Shown here piece after piece: positions 36,214 to 45,268 of a stretch of DNA of 64,000 bases. Source of the DNA: a virus; the IMG/VR virus record IMGVR_UViG_3300027747_004271, positions 3,333 through 67,332 of that record; one strand, given 5' to 3'. The notes beneath the pieces were generated by a model that had not been told where the DNA came from, did not search any database, and saw only the letters and a list, made by a program, of their open reading frames with translations. Each line of letters starts with the position of its first letter. The first letter of the stretch is position 1. The position numbers and the translations under genes were made by a program.

Positions 36214-36800
36214 TAGTGACGATCCACCAACCCGAGCACTTTCCTTACGAAGGCTTCTTCCAGAAGCTAGAGCGCGCCGACGTGTTCGTGGTACTCGACA
36301 ACGTGAAGTTCAGGAAGAACTACTTCCAGAACCGAAACAAGATACTGACTAGGTCTGGCACAGAGGACTGGGTCACCGTTCCTGTGGAGAAATCTGCCGA
36401 CTCCAAGGACATCAAGGACGTCGAGGTCTCGCGAGATCCGACGTGGAGGAAGAAGGTTGTCCGAAAGATCAAGGAGAACTTGAAGTTCGACTCGTCAGAG
36501 ATCTATCAACACGACAAGCTGATCGACATCAACATGTCATCGATCCGTTGGTGCATGCAAAACATGAAGGTCGAAAGAGACATCGTGTTCGCGAGCAGTC
36601 TCGGAGTCACAGGTGGCAAATCAGAGCTGCTGTCGAACATCGTTCGGTCGTTGGGAGCAACGAAATACATCTCTGGGCCTTCAGGAAGAGACTACCTCGA
36701 CATGTCGTACTTCGAAGGCATAGAAGTGGAGTTCTTTGAACCCAAGGTGAACAACTACTATTCGAGTCTGTACAATATCGCTACAAGCAAATTCGTCTGA
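36210..36800 (+). CDS. WbqC-like protein
   Basis: IHQPEHFPY, DVFVVLDNV, FQNRNKI, YISGPSGRDYL. Confidence 0.85.
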   Translation: MIVTIHQPEHFPYEGFFQKLERADVFVVLDNVKFRKNYFQNRNKILTRSGTEDWVTVPVEKSADSKDIKDVEVSRDPTWRKKVVRKIKENLKFDSSEIYQHDKLIDINMSSIRWCMQNMKVERDIVFASSLGVTGGKSELLSNIVRSLGATKYISGPSGRDYLDMSYFEGIEVEFFEPKVNNYYSSLYNIATSKFV

Positions 36801-36831
36801 GTTTTCGACGTTTTGGAATGGAATGGAATGT

Positions 36832-37797
36832 ATGAAGACGGCACTGATAACAGGCGTCACAGGCCAAGACGGTTCATACCTTGCAGAGCTACTGCTGTCC
36901 AAGGGTTACGAAGTCTTCGGAATGAAGCGACGCACTTCGGTAATCAACACGACGAATGTCGATCATCTATACGACAACCCGAAGTTTAAGCTGGTCTACG
37001 GCAGCATGAACGACGTGGGGTCGATGTATCGTATTCTTGCAGAAATAGAACCCGATGAGGTCTACAATCTGGCAGCCCAAAGTCACGTTCGCACGTCCTT
37101 CGAAGTACCCGAAGAAACAGTAGACACAGTTTCGATGGGAACCATGCGTCTCCTAGAGGCATGTCGAAACGTGTGCCCGAGCACGAAATTCTACCAGGCA
37201 TCTTCATCAGAGATGTTTGGAGACAACTCAGAGACGCTGAAGAACGAGGAGACGAGAATGACTCCTGCATCTCCTTACGCGGCAGCAAAATTGTTCTCAC
37301 ACAACCTCGTAAGAAACTACAGGATCGGTTACGGAATGCACGTTTCGAGTGGAATCCTGTTCAATCATGAGTCACCCAGAAGAGGTGAGACTTTCGTAAC
37401 GAGAAAGATCACGCGTGCAGCTGCTAGAATCAAGCTGAACAAACAGGAGAAGCTGTGCCTGGGAAACATCGACGCAGTTAGAGACTGGGGTTTTGCTGGC
37501 GACTATGTCGAAGGAATGTGGCTCATGTTGCAACAAGAAAAACCTGACGACTATGTTCTGGCGACAGGAGAATGTCATACAGTCAGAGAATTTGCTGACG
37601 TTGCGTTCAGTCTTGCAGGTCTAGATTACCGAGACCACATCGAGACGGACCCTAGGCTCTTTAGACCCCACGAGGTACCTCATCTCAAGGGCGATGCTTC
37701 AAAAGCTGCTAGTGTTCTTGGGTGGAGACCCAAGAACTCCTTTCACGATCTTGTGAAGATGATGTACGAATCAGACTTTGAGAAAGAGCTGGGATGA
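36832..37797 (+). CDS. gmd: GDP-mannose 4,6-dehydratase
   Basis: ALITGVTGQDGSYLAELLL, YNLAAQSHV, YQASSSEMFG, SPYAAAK, FNHESPRRGETFVTRKIT, RDWG. Confidence 0.95.
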   Translation: MKTALITGVTGQDGSYLAELLLSKGYEVFGMKRRTSVINTTNVDHLYDNPKFKLVYGSMNDVGSMYRILAEIEPDEVYNLAAQSHVRTSFEVPEETVDTVSMGTMRLLEACRNVCPSTKFYQASSSEMFGDNSETLKNEETRMTPASPYAAAKLFSHNLVRNYRIGYGMHVSSGILFNHESPRRGETFVTRKITRAAARIKLNKQEKLCLGNIDAVRDWGFAGDYVEGMWLMLQQEKPDDYVLATGECHTVREFADVAFSLAGLDYRDHIETDPRLFRPHEVPHLKGDASKAASVLGWRPKNSFHDLVKMMYESDFEKELG

Positions 37798-38735
37798 GAG
37801 CAACGATTTTTGGCGCATCAGGTCTCTTGGGACAAGCACTTTCAGAAGACTCACGAGACATCTCAGTCTTGAAGATGACTTCAAAAGATGCGGACTTGAG
37901 AAGTCAACAGTCTTGTGATAGAGAGCTGGTCTTAGGTCCGAAGTCGTACAGAGACGTCTGGATAAATGCCGCCGCCAAGGTCGGCGGCGTGAAGTCAAAC
38001 ACAGACTACGTCGCCGACTTCTATCGAGACAACATCGACATTGCGACGAACGTCATCGACTATGCCAAGAAATTGGAAGTATCCAAGCTCGTCTCGATCC
38101 TCTCGACGTGCGTCTATCCAGACGCACCACATGTCAAATATCCTCTGACGGAAGACCAGCTTCACATGGGTCCACCTCACTTCTCCAACTTTGGTTACGC
38201 TTATGCCAAGAGGATGCTCGACGTAGCTTCAAGAGCTTATCGTCAACAGCACGGATGCAATTTCATCACTGTTGTGCCAAACAATCTCTACGGTCCTCAC
38301 GACAATTACGACATAAATGGCGGGCATGTAATCCCCTCGCTTATTCGAAAATTTTATGAGGCACATGTGGGAGGTACTGACGTAGTAGTCTGGGGTACGG
38401 GAAAGCCTCTGAGAGAGTTCACTTTTTCGAAAGACGCAGCTTCTATAACATGGTGGCTCGCGAAGAACTACAGTGATGCTGAACCCGTCAACATCGGAAA
38501 TACCGAAGAAGTGTCTATAGGTGATCTTGCGTCAACGATCGGGAAGATCATGGGTTTTAAGGGTCGAATCAAATTCGACACAGACAAACCAGAGGGTCAG
38601 CTTAGAAAACCTACCTCGAACTTAAAGCTTAGGACGTTGGGCTGTGCTATGACTTACACAAGTCTGGAAGAAGGTCTTACTATGACGATCGATCACTTCG
38701 TGAAAAGCTATCCGAACGTGAGAGGTATCAAGTGA
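37794..38735 (+). CDS. fcl: GDP-L-fucose synthase (GDP-4-keto-6-deoxymannose epimerase/reductase)
   Basis: AAKVGG, STCVYP, YAYAKR, PNNLYGPHDN, HVIPSLI, VWGTGKPLREF; directly after gmd. Confidence 0.9.
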   Translation: MRATIFGASGLLGQALSEDSRDISVLKMTSKDADLRSQQSCDRELVLGPKSYRDVWINAAAKVGGVKSNTDYVADFYRDNIDIATNVIDYAKKLEVSKLVSILSTCVYPDAPHVKYPLTEDQLHMGPPHFSNFGYAYAKRMLDVASRAYRQQHGCNFITVVPNNLYGPHDNYDINGGHVIPSLIRKFYEAHVGGTDVVVWGTGKPLREFTFSKDAASITWWLAKNYSDAEPVNIGNTEEVSIGDLASTIGKIMGFKGRIKFDTDKPEGQLRKPTSNLKLRTLGCAMTYTSLEEGLTMTIDHFVKSYPNVRGIK

Positions 38736-39670
38736 AAAAATCAATCGCAGTTATCGGTCAAGGCTTTGTTGGCGGTTCTCTCACCACGGTATTTTCAGAA
38801 CGCGGATTCGATGTCTACACATACGACAAGACTGGGAAACAAGCAGCAGGAGGAAAACACCCTAAGCTCAGGACGGGTTTAACACTTCCTGCTACAAGCG
38901 TGTCGGACTTGATCGAAGTTTGCGAAAAGAAAGAAGACTTTTCCAAAGTTTACTTCGTGTGCCTTCCGACGCCGATGTACGAGGATGGATCTGCCGATCT
39001 CAGCATAGTAGACGGTGTACTTGAAGAGCTTGCATCCCAACCGGGCGAGAGGATCGCGGTCGTCAAGTCGACAGTTCCACCTGGGTCTACAGAGAAGTGG
39101 AACGAGAAATTTGGAGCCAAGGGACTTCATGTGGTGTTCAATCCAGAGTTCCTCACAGAGGCAAACGCTCTAGACGACATGCGCAACCAGAACCGCATCG
39201 TTCTCGGCGGACCTCGTCCGTGGATCAACGAGGTGAAGCAAGTGTTTCAGACTGCGTTTCCGAAGGTGCCTCTTGTGAAGACTTCTTCTACAACCGCCGA
39301 GATGGTGAAGTATCTCACCAACAACTTTCTCACAGTCAAGGTCGCGTTTGCAAACGAGATGGCGCAAGTCTGCGAGGCCCTGGATAAATCCGGACTTAAT
39401 GTGGACTATGATAAGGTTGTCGAATATGCAAAGTATGACAGACGCCTAGGAGAGAGTCACTGGGCGGTACCCGGACCCGATGGTCACAGGGGCTATGGCG
39501 GAAGCTGTTTTTGTAAAGATATAAACGCAATTATCAGTGTTGCAAGTGAGCTTGGTGTTGATGCAAAAGTCATGAAGGCTGCATGGGAAAAAAATCTCGA
39601 AGTCAGACCAGAACGTGATTGGGAAGGCTTAATTGGCAGAGCAATATCTACAAAAAAAGCTAAACAGTGA
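38732..39670 (+). CDS. UDP-glucose/GDP-mannose 6-dehydrogenase family (short form)
   Basis: IGQGFVG, CLPTP, KSTVPPG, FNPEFL, AEMVKY, GYGGSCFCKD. Confidence 0.88.
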   Translation: MKKSIAVIGQGFVGGSLTTVFSERGFDVYTYDKTGKQAAGGKHPKLRTGLTLPATSVSDLIEVCEKKEDFSKVYFVCLPTPMYEDGSADLSIVDGVLEELASQPGERIAVVKSTVPPGSTEKWNEKFGAKGLHVVFNPEFLTEANALDDMRNQNRIVLGGPRPWINEVKQVFQTAFPKVPLVKTSSTTAEMVKYLTNNFLTVKVAFANEMAQVCEALDKSGLNVDYDKVVEYAKYDRRLGESHWAVPGPDGHRGYGGSCFCKDINAIISVASELGVDAKVMKAAWEKNLEVRPERDWEGLIGRAISTKKAKQ

Positions 39671-39694
39671 CCGTCATGACCAATATGTATATGC

Positions 39695-40447
39695 ATGTCA
39701 AAAGTTATACTCACATGCAAAGGTTGTTCTTGCACTTTTGAAGTCAACTATAAACTACGTAAACAGAAATACTGTACACGTGACTGTGTCAATCGGTCCT
39801 TTGCTGGCAGCGGAAATCCTTCGTTCGGTAAGACCTATCGAACGAAGGAGTCTCATCCTGATTGGGCAGAAAAGATCAGTAAGACTTCTACAGATCGTGA
39901 GATCAACAAGGGCGATAAGAATGGGATGAAGAAACCCGACGTTGCAAAAAGACAAGGACAAACAAGAAGTCATAAATTTGCAACTGACCCCACGTGGAAA
40001 GAAAGATATTCAAAACCAATGAGAGATGCTTGGGCTGCTGGAAAGTACGACCATACACCCGTGGGTCGTTGCAAGTGGTACTCTCACACTAAGCCGGACG
40101 GAACCAAAGTCAAGCTTCAAGGAACTTGGGAAGTTGTTTTTGCGCGACACATGGATGGGTTAGACATAGCCTACGAGGCCCATAAAGGAGCGATCAAATA
40201 CTTTCAAAGCGAAATTGAAAGATCGTATTTGCCAGATTTTTATGTTCCGGCAATGGATTTATACGTGGATGTAAAAGGGGCATTTTTTGATGAACTGCAT
40301 AGAGAAAAATTCGATTGGATCAAAAAATCAAACCCAGACATCAACATCTATCTGTTGACCAAGAAAGAATTTTTGTCCCTAGGGATTGATGTTACAAAAG
40401 AATCAAAGTCAGTTCAGTCAGCTGTCTCCAAAAAGTCATCGTCTTGA
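39695..40447 (+). CDS. Putative free-standing homing endonuclease (Zn motif + PD-(D/E)XK, TnsA-like)
   Basis: CKGC...YCTRDC; GNPSFGK; LQGTWE...SYLPDFYV...YVDVKG; visibly more A/T-rich than flanking genes. Confidence 0.72.
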   Translation: MSKVILTCKGCSCTFEVNYKLRKQKYCTRDCVNRSFAGSGNPSFGKTYRTKESHPDWAEKISKTSTDREINKGDKNGMKKPDVAKRQGQTRSHKFATDPTWKERYSKPMRDAWAAGKYDHTPVGRCKWYSHTKPDGTKVKLQGTWEVVFARHMDGLDIAYEAHKGAIKYFQSEIERSYLPDFYVPAMDLYVDVKGAFFDELHREKFDWIKKSNPDINIYLLTKKEFLSLGIDVTKESKSVQSAVSKKSSS

Positions 40448-40460
40448 ACTAGAAGAAAGC

Positions 40461-40487
40461 TGCATTGTATGTTGGTCATACAATGCA
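40461..40487 (+). promoter_or_regulatory. Perfect 11-bp inverted repeat covering the start codon of the next gene
   Basis: TGCATTGTATG-ttggt-CATACAATGCA; ATG at 40483 lies in the right arm. Confidence 0.55.
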
Positions 40488-41298
40488 AGAAAAGACGCCT
40501 TTCGAAACTCTCCCGACGGGGAAACCGCATGTATCATTCTCCGAAGTGAAGCTTTGGAAAGAGTGCTCTTACCGTCACAACCTCGTCCATGTCAAGAAGT
40601 TAGACTTCTCCAAGCCGTCACCCGTACTAGAATTCGGTACAGCTGTGCACTCTGCGTGCGAAGACTACCTCCTCACGAAAGTGATGAAGGCAGAGATTTG
40701 CATGAACGCGCTGGAAGAAGCATGGAGAAAGAAGTCGGGGCAAGAAGACTTCACACCCAAGTCTCTTGAGACTGCGAAGCTGGAAGCAGCTCAGATACTT
40801 GCTGAAGTTCCTGCCTTCTTGGAGAGGGAGTTCCCGGGTTGGGAAGTAGTAGACGCAGAACATCAGCTGTACGAGCCTGTCGAAGGTCATCCCCATGCCT
40901 TCAAGGGCTTCATCGACGGCGTCATCAAAGCGAAAGGCAAGAAAGGCGAGACGGTCTACTGGATCTTGGACTGGAAGACGACCCAACGCGGCTGGTTTCG
41001 AGAGAAGCGATCAGACGACATGGTGAAGTCGCAGCTAGGTCTCTACAAGAACTACTGGCACCAGAAGAATCCTCAAGTCCCCTTTAAGGACATCAGATGC
41101 GGTTTCGTCCTCCTCAAGAAGGCAGCAAAGCCCGGTGAACACTGCGAGCTCTTCTCTGTATCACTCGGAGAAGTTCCCATCAAGCGGTCGCTCAAGGTCG
41201 TGAGCAACATGCTGACGTCAGTGAAGAGAGGCATCGCTCTGAAGAACAGAGACGCTTGCACGTGGTGTGAATTCAAGGGAACAGAACACTGTACTTGA
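40483..41298 (+). CDS. PD-(D/E)XK exonuclease, Cas4/RecB/AddB-like
   Basis: HVSFSE...ECSY, FGTAVH, FKGFIDGV, ILDWKT, QLGLY, CTWCEF...C (split four-Cys Fe-S pattern). Confidence 0.82.
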   Translation: MQEKTPFETLPTGKPHVSFSEVKLWKECSYRHNLVHVKKLDFSKPSPVLEFGTAVHSACEDYLLTKVMKAEICMNALEEAWRKKSGQEDFTPKSLETAKLEAAQILAEVPAFLEREFPGWEVVDAEHQLYEPVEGHPHAFKGFIDGVIKAKGKKGETVYWILDWKTTQRGWFREKRSDDMVKSQLGLYKNYWHQKNPQVPFKDIRCGFVLLKKAAKPGEHCELFSVSLGEVPIKRSLKVVSNMLTSVKRGIALKNRDACTWCEFKGTEHCT

Positions 41299-41309
41299 TG
41301 TCTCACTTT

Positions 41310-41339
41310 TTGTTACAACTTTTCCTTTTTGCGTAATAT
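41310..41339 (+). promoter_or_regulatory. Putative sigma70-type promoter (TTGTTA-18nt-TAATAT)
   Basis: T-rich intergenic gap; the -10 lies 7 nt before ATG at 41347. Confidence 0.3.
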
Positions 41340-41346
41340 GGGCACC

Positions 41347-42594
41347 ATGCAGAAAAAGACCATCTTGCTATTGTCAGACCATCCTTTGTCCACATCAGGT
41401 GTGGGAACTCAAGCACGTTGGCTTGTTTCAGGGTTGGTCAATACGGGCAAGTACTCGTTTCGCTGTTTCGGCGCAGCAGTGAAGCACGACAACTACGACA
41501 CCGTAGTCGTCAATCCCGACTTCGTTATCAAGCCGACCAACGGTTTCGGCGACAAGAACTTGCTGAGAAAGACACTTGCCCAAGTCAGACCTGATGCCTT
41601 GATGCTCTTCACCGACCCGAGGTTCTTCATCTGGGTCTGGGAGATGGCAGACGAAGTGAAACAGATCTGTCCCATCACGTACTGGCACTTGTGGGACAAT
41701 CCGCCATGGCCAGAATTCAATAGGCCACTCTATGAGTCCACGGATCTGGTTAACTGCATCAACTATCCGACATACCAGATGGTGAAGGAGCGTTTCCCAG
41801 AGAAGACCAACTACATTCCTCATGCAGTTCCGTCGGATCTCTATAGTCCCATGCCCAAGGAGGAGACGCTGAAGTTCAAGGAGACGCTCCTCGGACGTGA
41901 GAGATTGGACCACTTCACTTGCCTCTATGTCTCACGAAACGCGCGCCGAAAGATGACAAGCGACATCCTGGTGTCGTGGAAGATGTTCCTCGAAGATCTT
42001 TACTCAAAGACGGGACACAAGAAGGCGACGTTGATGGTCCACGCAGACCCGCTAGATCCTGAAGGGACGAATCTCTATCAGGTGATCGACCTCCTCGACA
42101 TCAAGGAAAACATCGTGTTCTCCAAGGAGCGAATCGGATTCCACGAGATGAGGTCTCTCTACAACGTCACCGACACTATCGTGAACAGGAGCTGCAACGA
42201 AGGATTCGGTTTGCCCACTCTAGAAGCGATGATGTGCGGTAAGCCGATCATCGCACTGAAGACAGGTGGACTCACGAGGCAGGTCGAGGACCCCGAGACG
42301 GGAGAACACTACGGCATAGCTCTGGAACCTGAGGTCAAGTGCCTCATCGGCAACCACATGGTTCCTTACATCTACGAGGACTTCGTCTCTCACGAGACAG
42401 TCGCGAAGGCCTTCATGAAGATGTACGAGATGGGTCCCGACGAGAGGGAGAGGATAGGAAAGAGGGCGATGGAGAGAGCGAGAAGGGAATACTCACTCGA
42501 GAAGACGATATCAGATTGGGACGCTTCTCTCACGAAGACCATCGATTCTTGGAAGTCTGGTGTGAACTCAAAGTGGAAGGTGAATGAGCTATGA
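41347..42594 (+). CDS. Glycosyltransferase family 4
   Basis: SGVGTQ, RNARRK, EGFGLPTLEAMMCGKPII..TGG. Confidence 0.88.
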   Translation: MQKKTILLLSDHPLSTSGVGTQARWLVSGLVNTGKYSFRCFGAAVKHDNYDTVVVNPDFVIKPTNGFGDKNLLRKTLAQVRPDALMLFTDPRFFIWVWEMADEVKQICPITYWHLWDNPPWPEFNRPLYESTDLVNCINYPTYQMVKERFPEKTNYIPHAVPSDLYSPMPKEETLKFKETLLGRERLDHFTCLYVSRNARRKMTSDILVSWKMFLEDLYSKTGHKKATLMVHADPLDPEGTNLYQVIDLLDIKENIVFSKERIGFHEMRSLYNVTDTIVNRSCNEGFGLPTLEAMMCGKPIIALKTGGLTRQVEDPETGEHYGIALEPEVKCLIGNHMVPYIYEDFVSHETVAKAFMKMYEMGPDERERIGKRAMERARREYSLEKTISDWDASLTKTIDSWKSGVNSKWKVNEL

Positions 42595-43778
42595 TGATCG
42601 TGAACCCCGTCTCAAAGAAGAAAGTTCTTCTTCGTGCCCCTGTGCTCACCCAGTCGGGCTACGGTGTGCACGCCAGGCAGATCGCAAAGTGGTTGATGGA
42701 CAAGCCCGAACTCGACGTAGAGATTCAAGCGCTTCCGTGGGGAGACACTCCATGGCTGATCGACGGCAAGATGGACAATGGATTCATCGGAAAGCTGATG
42801 GAGAAGACTGTCGATCCGAACGGAAGAGTGTACGACGCCTCGGTTCAGCTGCAGCTTCCCAACGAATGGGATCCGAGGATCGCAAAAGTCAACATCGGTA
42901 TCACTGCTGCCGTGGAAGCCGACAGATGCAACCCTGCATGGGTGAATGCATGCAATTCGATGTCGATGGTGATAGTTCCATCGAAGCACGCTGCTTCATC
43001 TCTCACATCGACAGGAAACGTCAAGGTGCCCCTGCACGTAGTCCCCGAAGCATACACGAGAGCATTGACGCAGAACATCAAGACCAAGATGGACGACGTC
43101 GACTTCTCTACGTCTTTCAACTTCCTCGTGTTCGGTCAGCTCACAGGAAACAATCCCGAGAACGACAGGAAGAACATCTTCTACACGATCAAGTGGCTAT
43201 GCGAGACGTTCAAGAATGATACGGACGTCGGTGTCGTAGTGAAGACGAACGCCGGAAGGAACACCGACATCGATCGAAAGCTCATCACGCAGACGTTCAC
43301 GTCGCTCTTGAAGGAAGTGAGAAGCGGTCCCTTCCCGAAGGTGCACCTCGTGCACGGTGACATGTCTGACGAGGAAGTATCTTCGCTCTATAGACACCCC
43401 AAGATCAAGGCACTAGTTGCCCTGACAAGAGGAGAGGGATACGGTCTTCCGATTCTCGAGGCTGCTGCGTCAGGACTTCCTGTCATCGCGACGGCGTGGA
43501 GCGGACACACAGATTTTCTGTCCCACGGTAAGTACATCGAAGTCGACTACAAGTTGTCTGAAGTACATCCGTCAAGAGTCGACAACAAGATCTTCGTGCA
43601 TGGTAGCAAATGGGCTCATCCTCACGAAGAAGACTTCAAGCGCAAGGTGACGAAATTCCGATCGGCCTCGAGCCTGCCCAAGGAATGGGCAGAAGACCTC
43701 AAAGGAAAGATACTGGAGAACTATTCGTTGAAGAGGGTGGCAGAAGCATACGATGCAGTGACAAAGGAGATCCTTTGA
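42591..43778 (+). CDS. Glycosyltransferase family 4
   Basis: SGYGVHAR, DRKN, RGEGYGLPILEAAASGLPVIATAWSGHTDF. Confidence 0.88.
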   Translation: MMIVNPVSKKKVLLRAPVLTQSGYGVHARQIAKWLMDKPELDVEIQALPWGDTPWLIDGKMDNGFIGKLMEKTVDPNGRVYDASVQLQLPNEWDPRIAKVNIGITAAVEADRCNPAWVNACNSMSMVIVPSKHAASSLTSTGNVKVPLHVVPEAYTRALTQNIKTKMDDVDFSTSFNFLVFGQLTGNNPENDRKNIFYTIKWLCETFKNDTDVGVVVKTNAGRNTDIDRKLITQTFTSLLKEVRSGPFPKVHLVHGDMSDEEVSSLYRHPKIKALVALTRGEGYGLPILEAAASGLPVIATAWSGHTDFLSHGKYIEVDYKLSEVHPSRVDNKIFVHGSKWAHPHEEDFKRKVTKFRSASSLPKEWAEDLKGKILENYSLKRVAEAYDAVTKEIL

Positions 43779-44089
43779 TCACGACCTTCCTGTGCATCAC
43801 GAGCTTGTTTCTTGGTTCGTGCCTCTTCTTTAGCGTGAAGAAGAACATAGAGCTGCTAGACAGGTTAGAATCTGTGGAAGACGTCGTGGAAAAAGCCTTG
43901 GACGTCCTCGATGATCAACATCAGAAGATAGAAGCCAAGACCAAGATAGAAGTTTTTTCCGATGAGCCTGTGGTGAGAAATCTCGTCCAGGACATCGTCG
44001 TAGCGAGGGACGCAGTCCTCGAAATAGCAAAGATCTTGAATAGCTCTTTGGGACCAGACGAAGCAGAAGAAGAGACCCAAGAGACATGA
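43775..44089 (+). CDS. Small membrane-anchored coiled-coil protein
   Basis: TTG start overlapping the upstream TGA, AAGGAG RBS; N-terminal hydrophobic ITTFLCITSLFLGSCLFFSV. Confidence 0.55.
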   Translation: MITTFLCITSLFLGSCLFFSVKKNIELLDRLESVEDVVEKALDVLDDQHQKIEAKTKIEVFSDEPVVRNLVQDIVVARDAVLEIAKILNSSLGPDEAEEETQET

Positions 44090-44898
44090 CATCAAAAGAA
44101 AGAAAGAAGACGAAGAGGAAGGAGAAGATTGTCGGCGAGTCTACGAAGGACGACACACAGCTAGAGGTCGATCCGATCATGATGCTTGAGTCGGACGTCA
44201 AGATGCCGAGAGTCGTCAACTTGAAGCTGTACTTCAATTCTGACACGCAGGCAGCCATAGTGAAGTTCCAGAAGTCGACCGACAAGAAGTCGAGAGATGT
44301 CCTGTACGTCCAAGACATCATGCCTGCCTTCGAGAAGCTCGTGGAAAACCTCATAAACATCCACAAGTTCACTGGGCTACACGACACCTACGAAGAACTG
44401 AAGAACGACTGCGTCAACTTCCTCTTCGAGACGATACACAAGTTCGATGCCAACAGAGGGACGAACGCGTTCTCCTATTTCAACGTCGTGGCAAAGAACT
44501 GGCTCATCATCAGGACGAAGCAGAAGGCGCAGAAGATCAAACGCAATGTGAGCCTCGATGACCCTGCAGGACTGACGGCACATGAGTCGCTCATCATCGA
44601 AGAATACAACGTCTTGCCATCGCAAGACTTCTTGATCGACTCGGCAGACTCAGTGGAGAACACGATCGGAATGCTGTACGACATTCGGTCACGTGTGAAG
44701 ACTGAGAACGAGCTGACCTGCATAAACTCGATCATCACCATCTTTGAGAACATCGACGAGATCGATCTCCTCAACAAGAGCGCGGTTCTACTCTACATGA
44801 GGGAACTCAGTGGACTCACACCGAAGCAACTGACTTCGGCGATGCAGTCCATCAAGCGTCACTACAAAAAAACGAAGATCGATAACCGAGACGCCTGA
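44086..44898 (+). CDS. Phage sigma factor, T4 gp55-like (region 2)
   Basis: YF...AI..F...FEKLVENLI..HKF...ELKNDC..FL...HKFDANRGTNAFSYFNVVAKN resembles sigma region 2 (FD..+G..AF.YF). Confidence 0.65.
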   Translation: MTSKERKKTKRKEKIVGESTKDDTQLEVDPIMMLESDVKMPRVVNLKLYFNSDTQAAIVKFQKSTDKKSRDVLYVQDIMPAFEKLVENLINIHKFTGLHDTYEELKNDCVNFLFETIHKFDANRGTNAFSYFNVVAKNWLIIRTKQKAQKIKRNVSLDDPAGLTAHESLIIEEYNVLPSQDFLIDSADSVENTIGMLYDIRSRVKTENELTCINSIITIFENIDEIDLLNKSAVLLYMRELSGLTPKQLTSAMQSIKRHYKKTKIDNRDA

Positions 44899-44908
44899 TA
44901 TTTTAAAC

Positions 44909-45265
44909 ATGGCCAAGACTGCACAAAACGAACTCTCGATAGAAGAGAAGATCCAAGACTTCTCCGACCTACTCGACCAGATTGACGGCGTCTCTGACAA
45001 GAAGAAGAAACTGTGGCGAGAGATCTACGAAAACGCAGTAACTGACAGACAGAACGCTTACGTCTTGTTCATGTCGCTCGTGGACATCGTTCAAGACAAG
45101 AGCACAGAGCACGCAGTTCACGGCAAGTCATTGGCGACGTACATCGAGAGGATGAGCAAGGCAAACGACCAGATCATCAGGCTGGCTGAACTGGTGTCCA
45201 AGTCCGAGTCGAAGGACGACAAAGAGATAGACCCAGAAGAAATGTTCAAGAAGATAGGAACGTGA
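44909..45265 (+). CDS. Hypothetical helical protein
   Basis: ORF preceded by ATATTTTA; first gene of the baseplate block. Confidence 0.55.
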   Translation: MAKTAQNELSIEEKIQDFSDLLDQIDGVSDKKKKLWREIYENAVTDRQNAYVLFMSLVDIVQDKSTEHAVHGKSLATYIERMSKANDQIIRLAELVSKSESKDDKEIDPEEMFKKIGT

Positions 45266-45268
45266 TCA

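Noticed and set aside
36814-36830. (TGGAA)x3 tandem repeat upstream of gmd
   Set aside because: Only about three copies; too short to argue phase variation.
40483-41298. Cas4-like gene as evidence of a CRISPR-Cas system
   Set aside because: No cas1/cas2, effector genes or array in the window.
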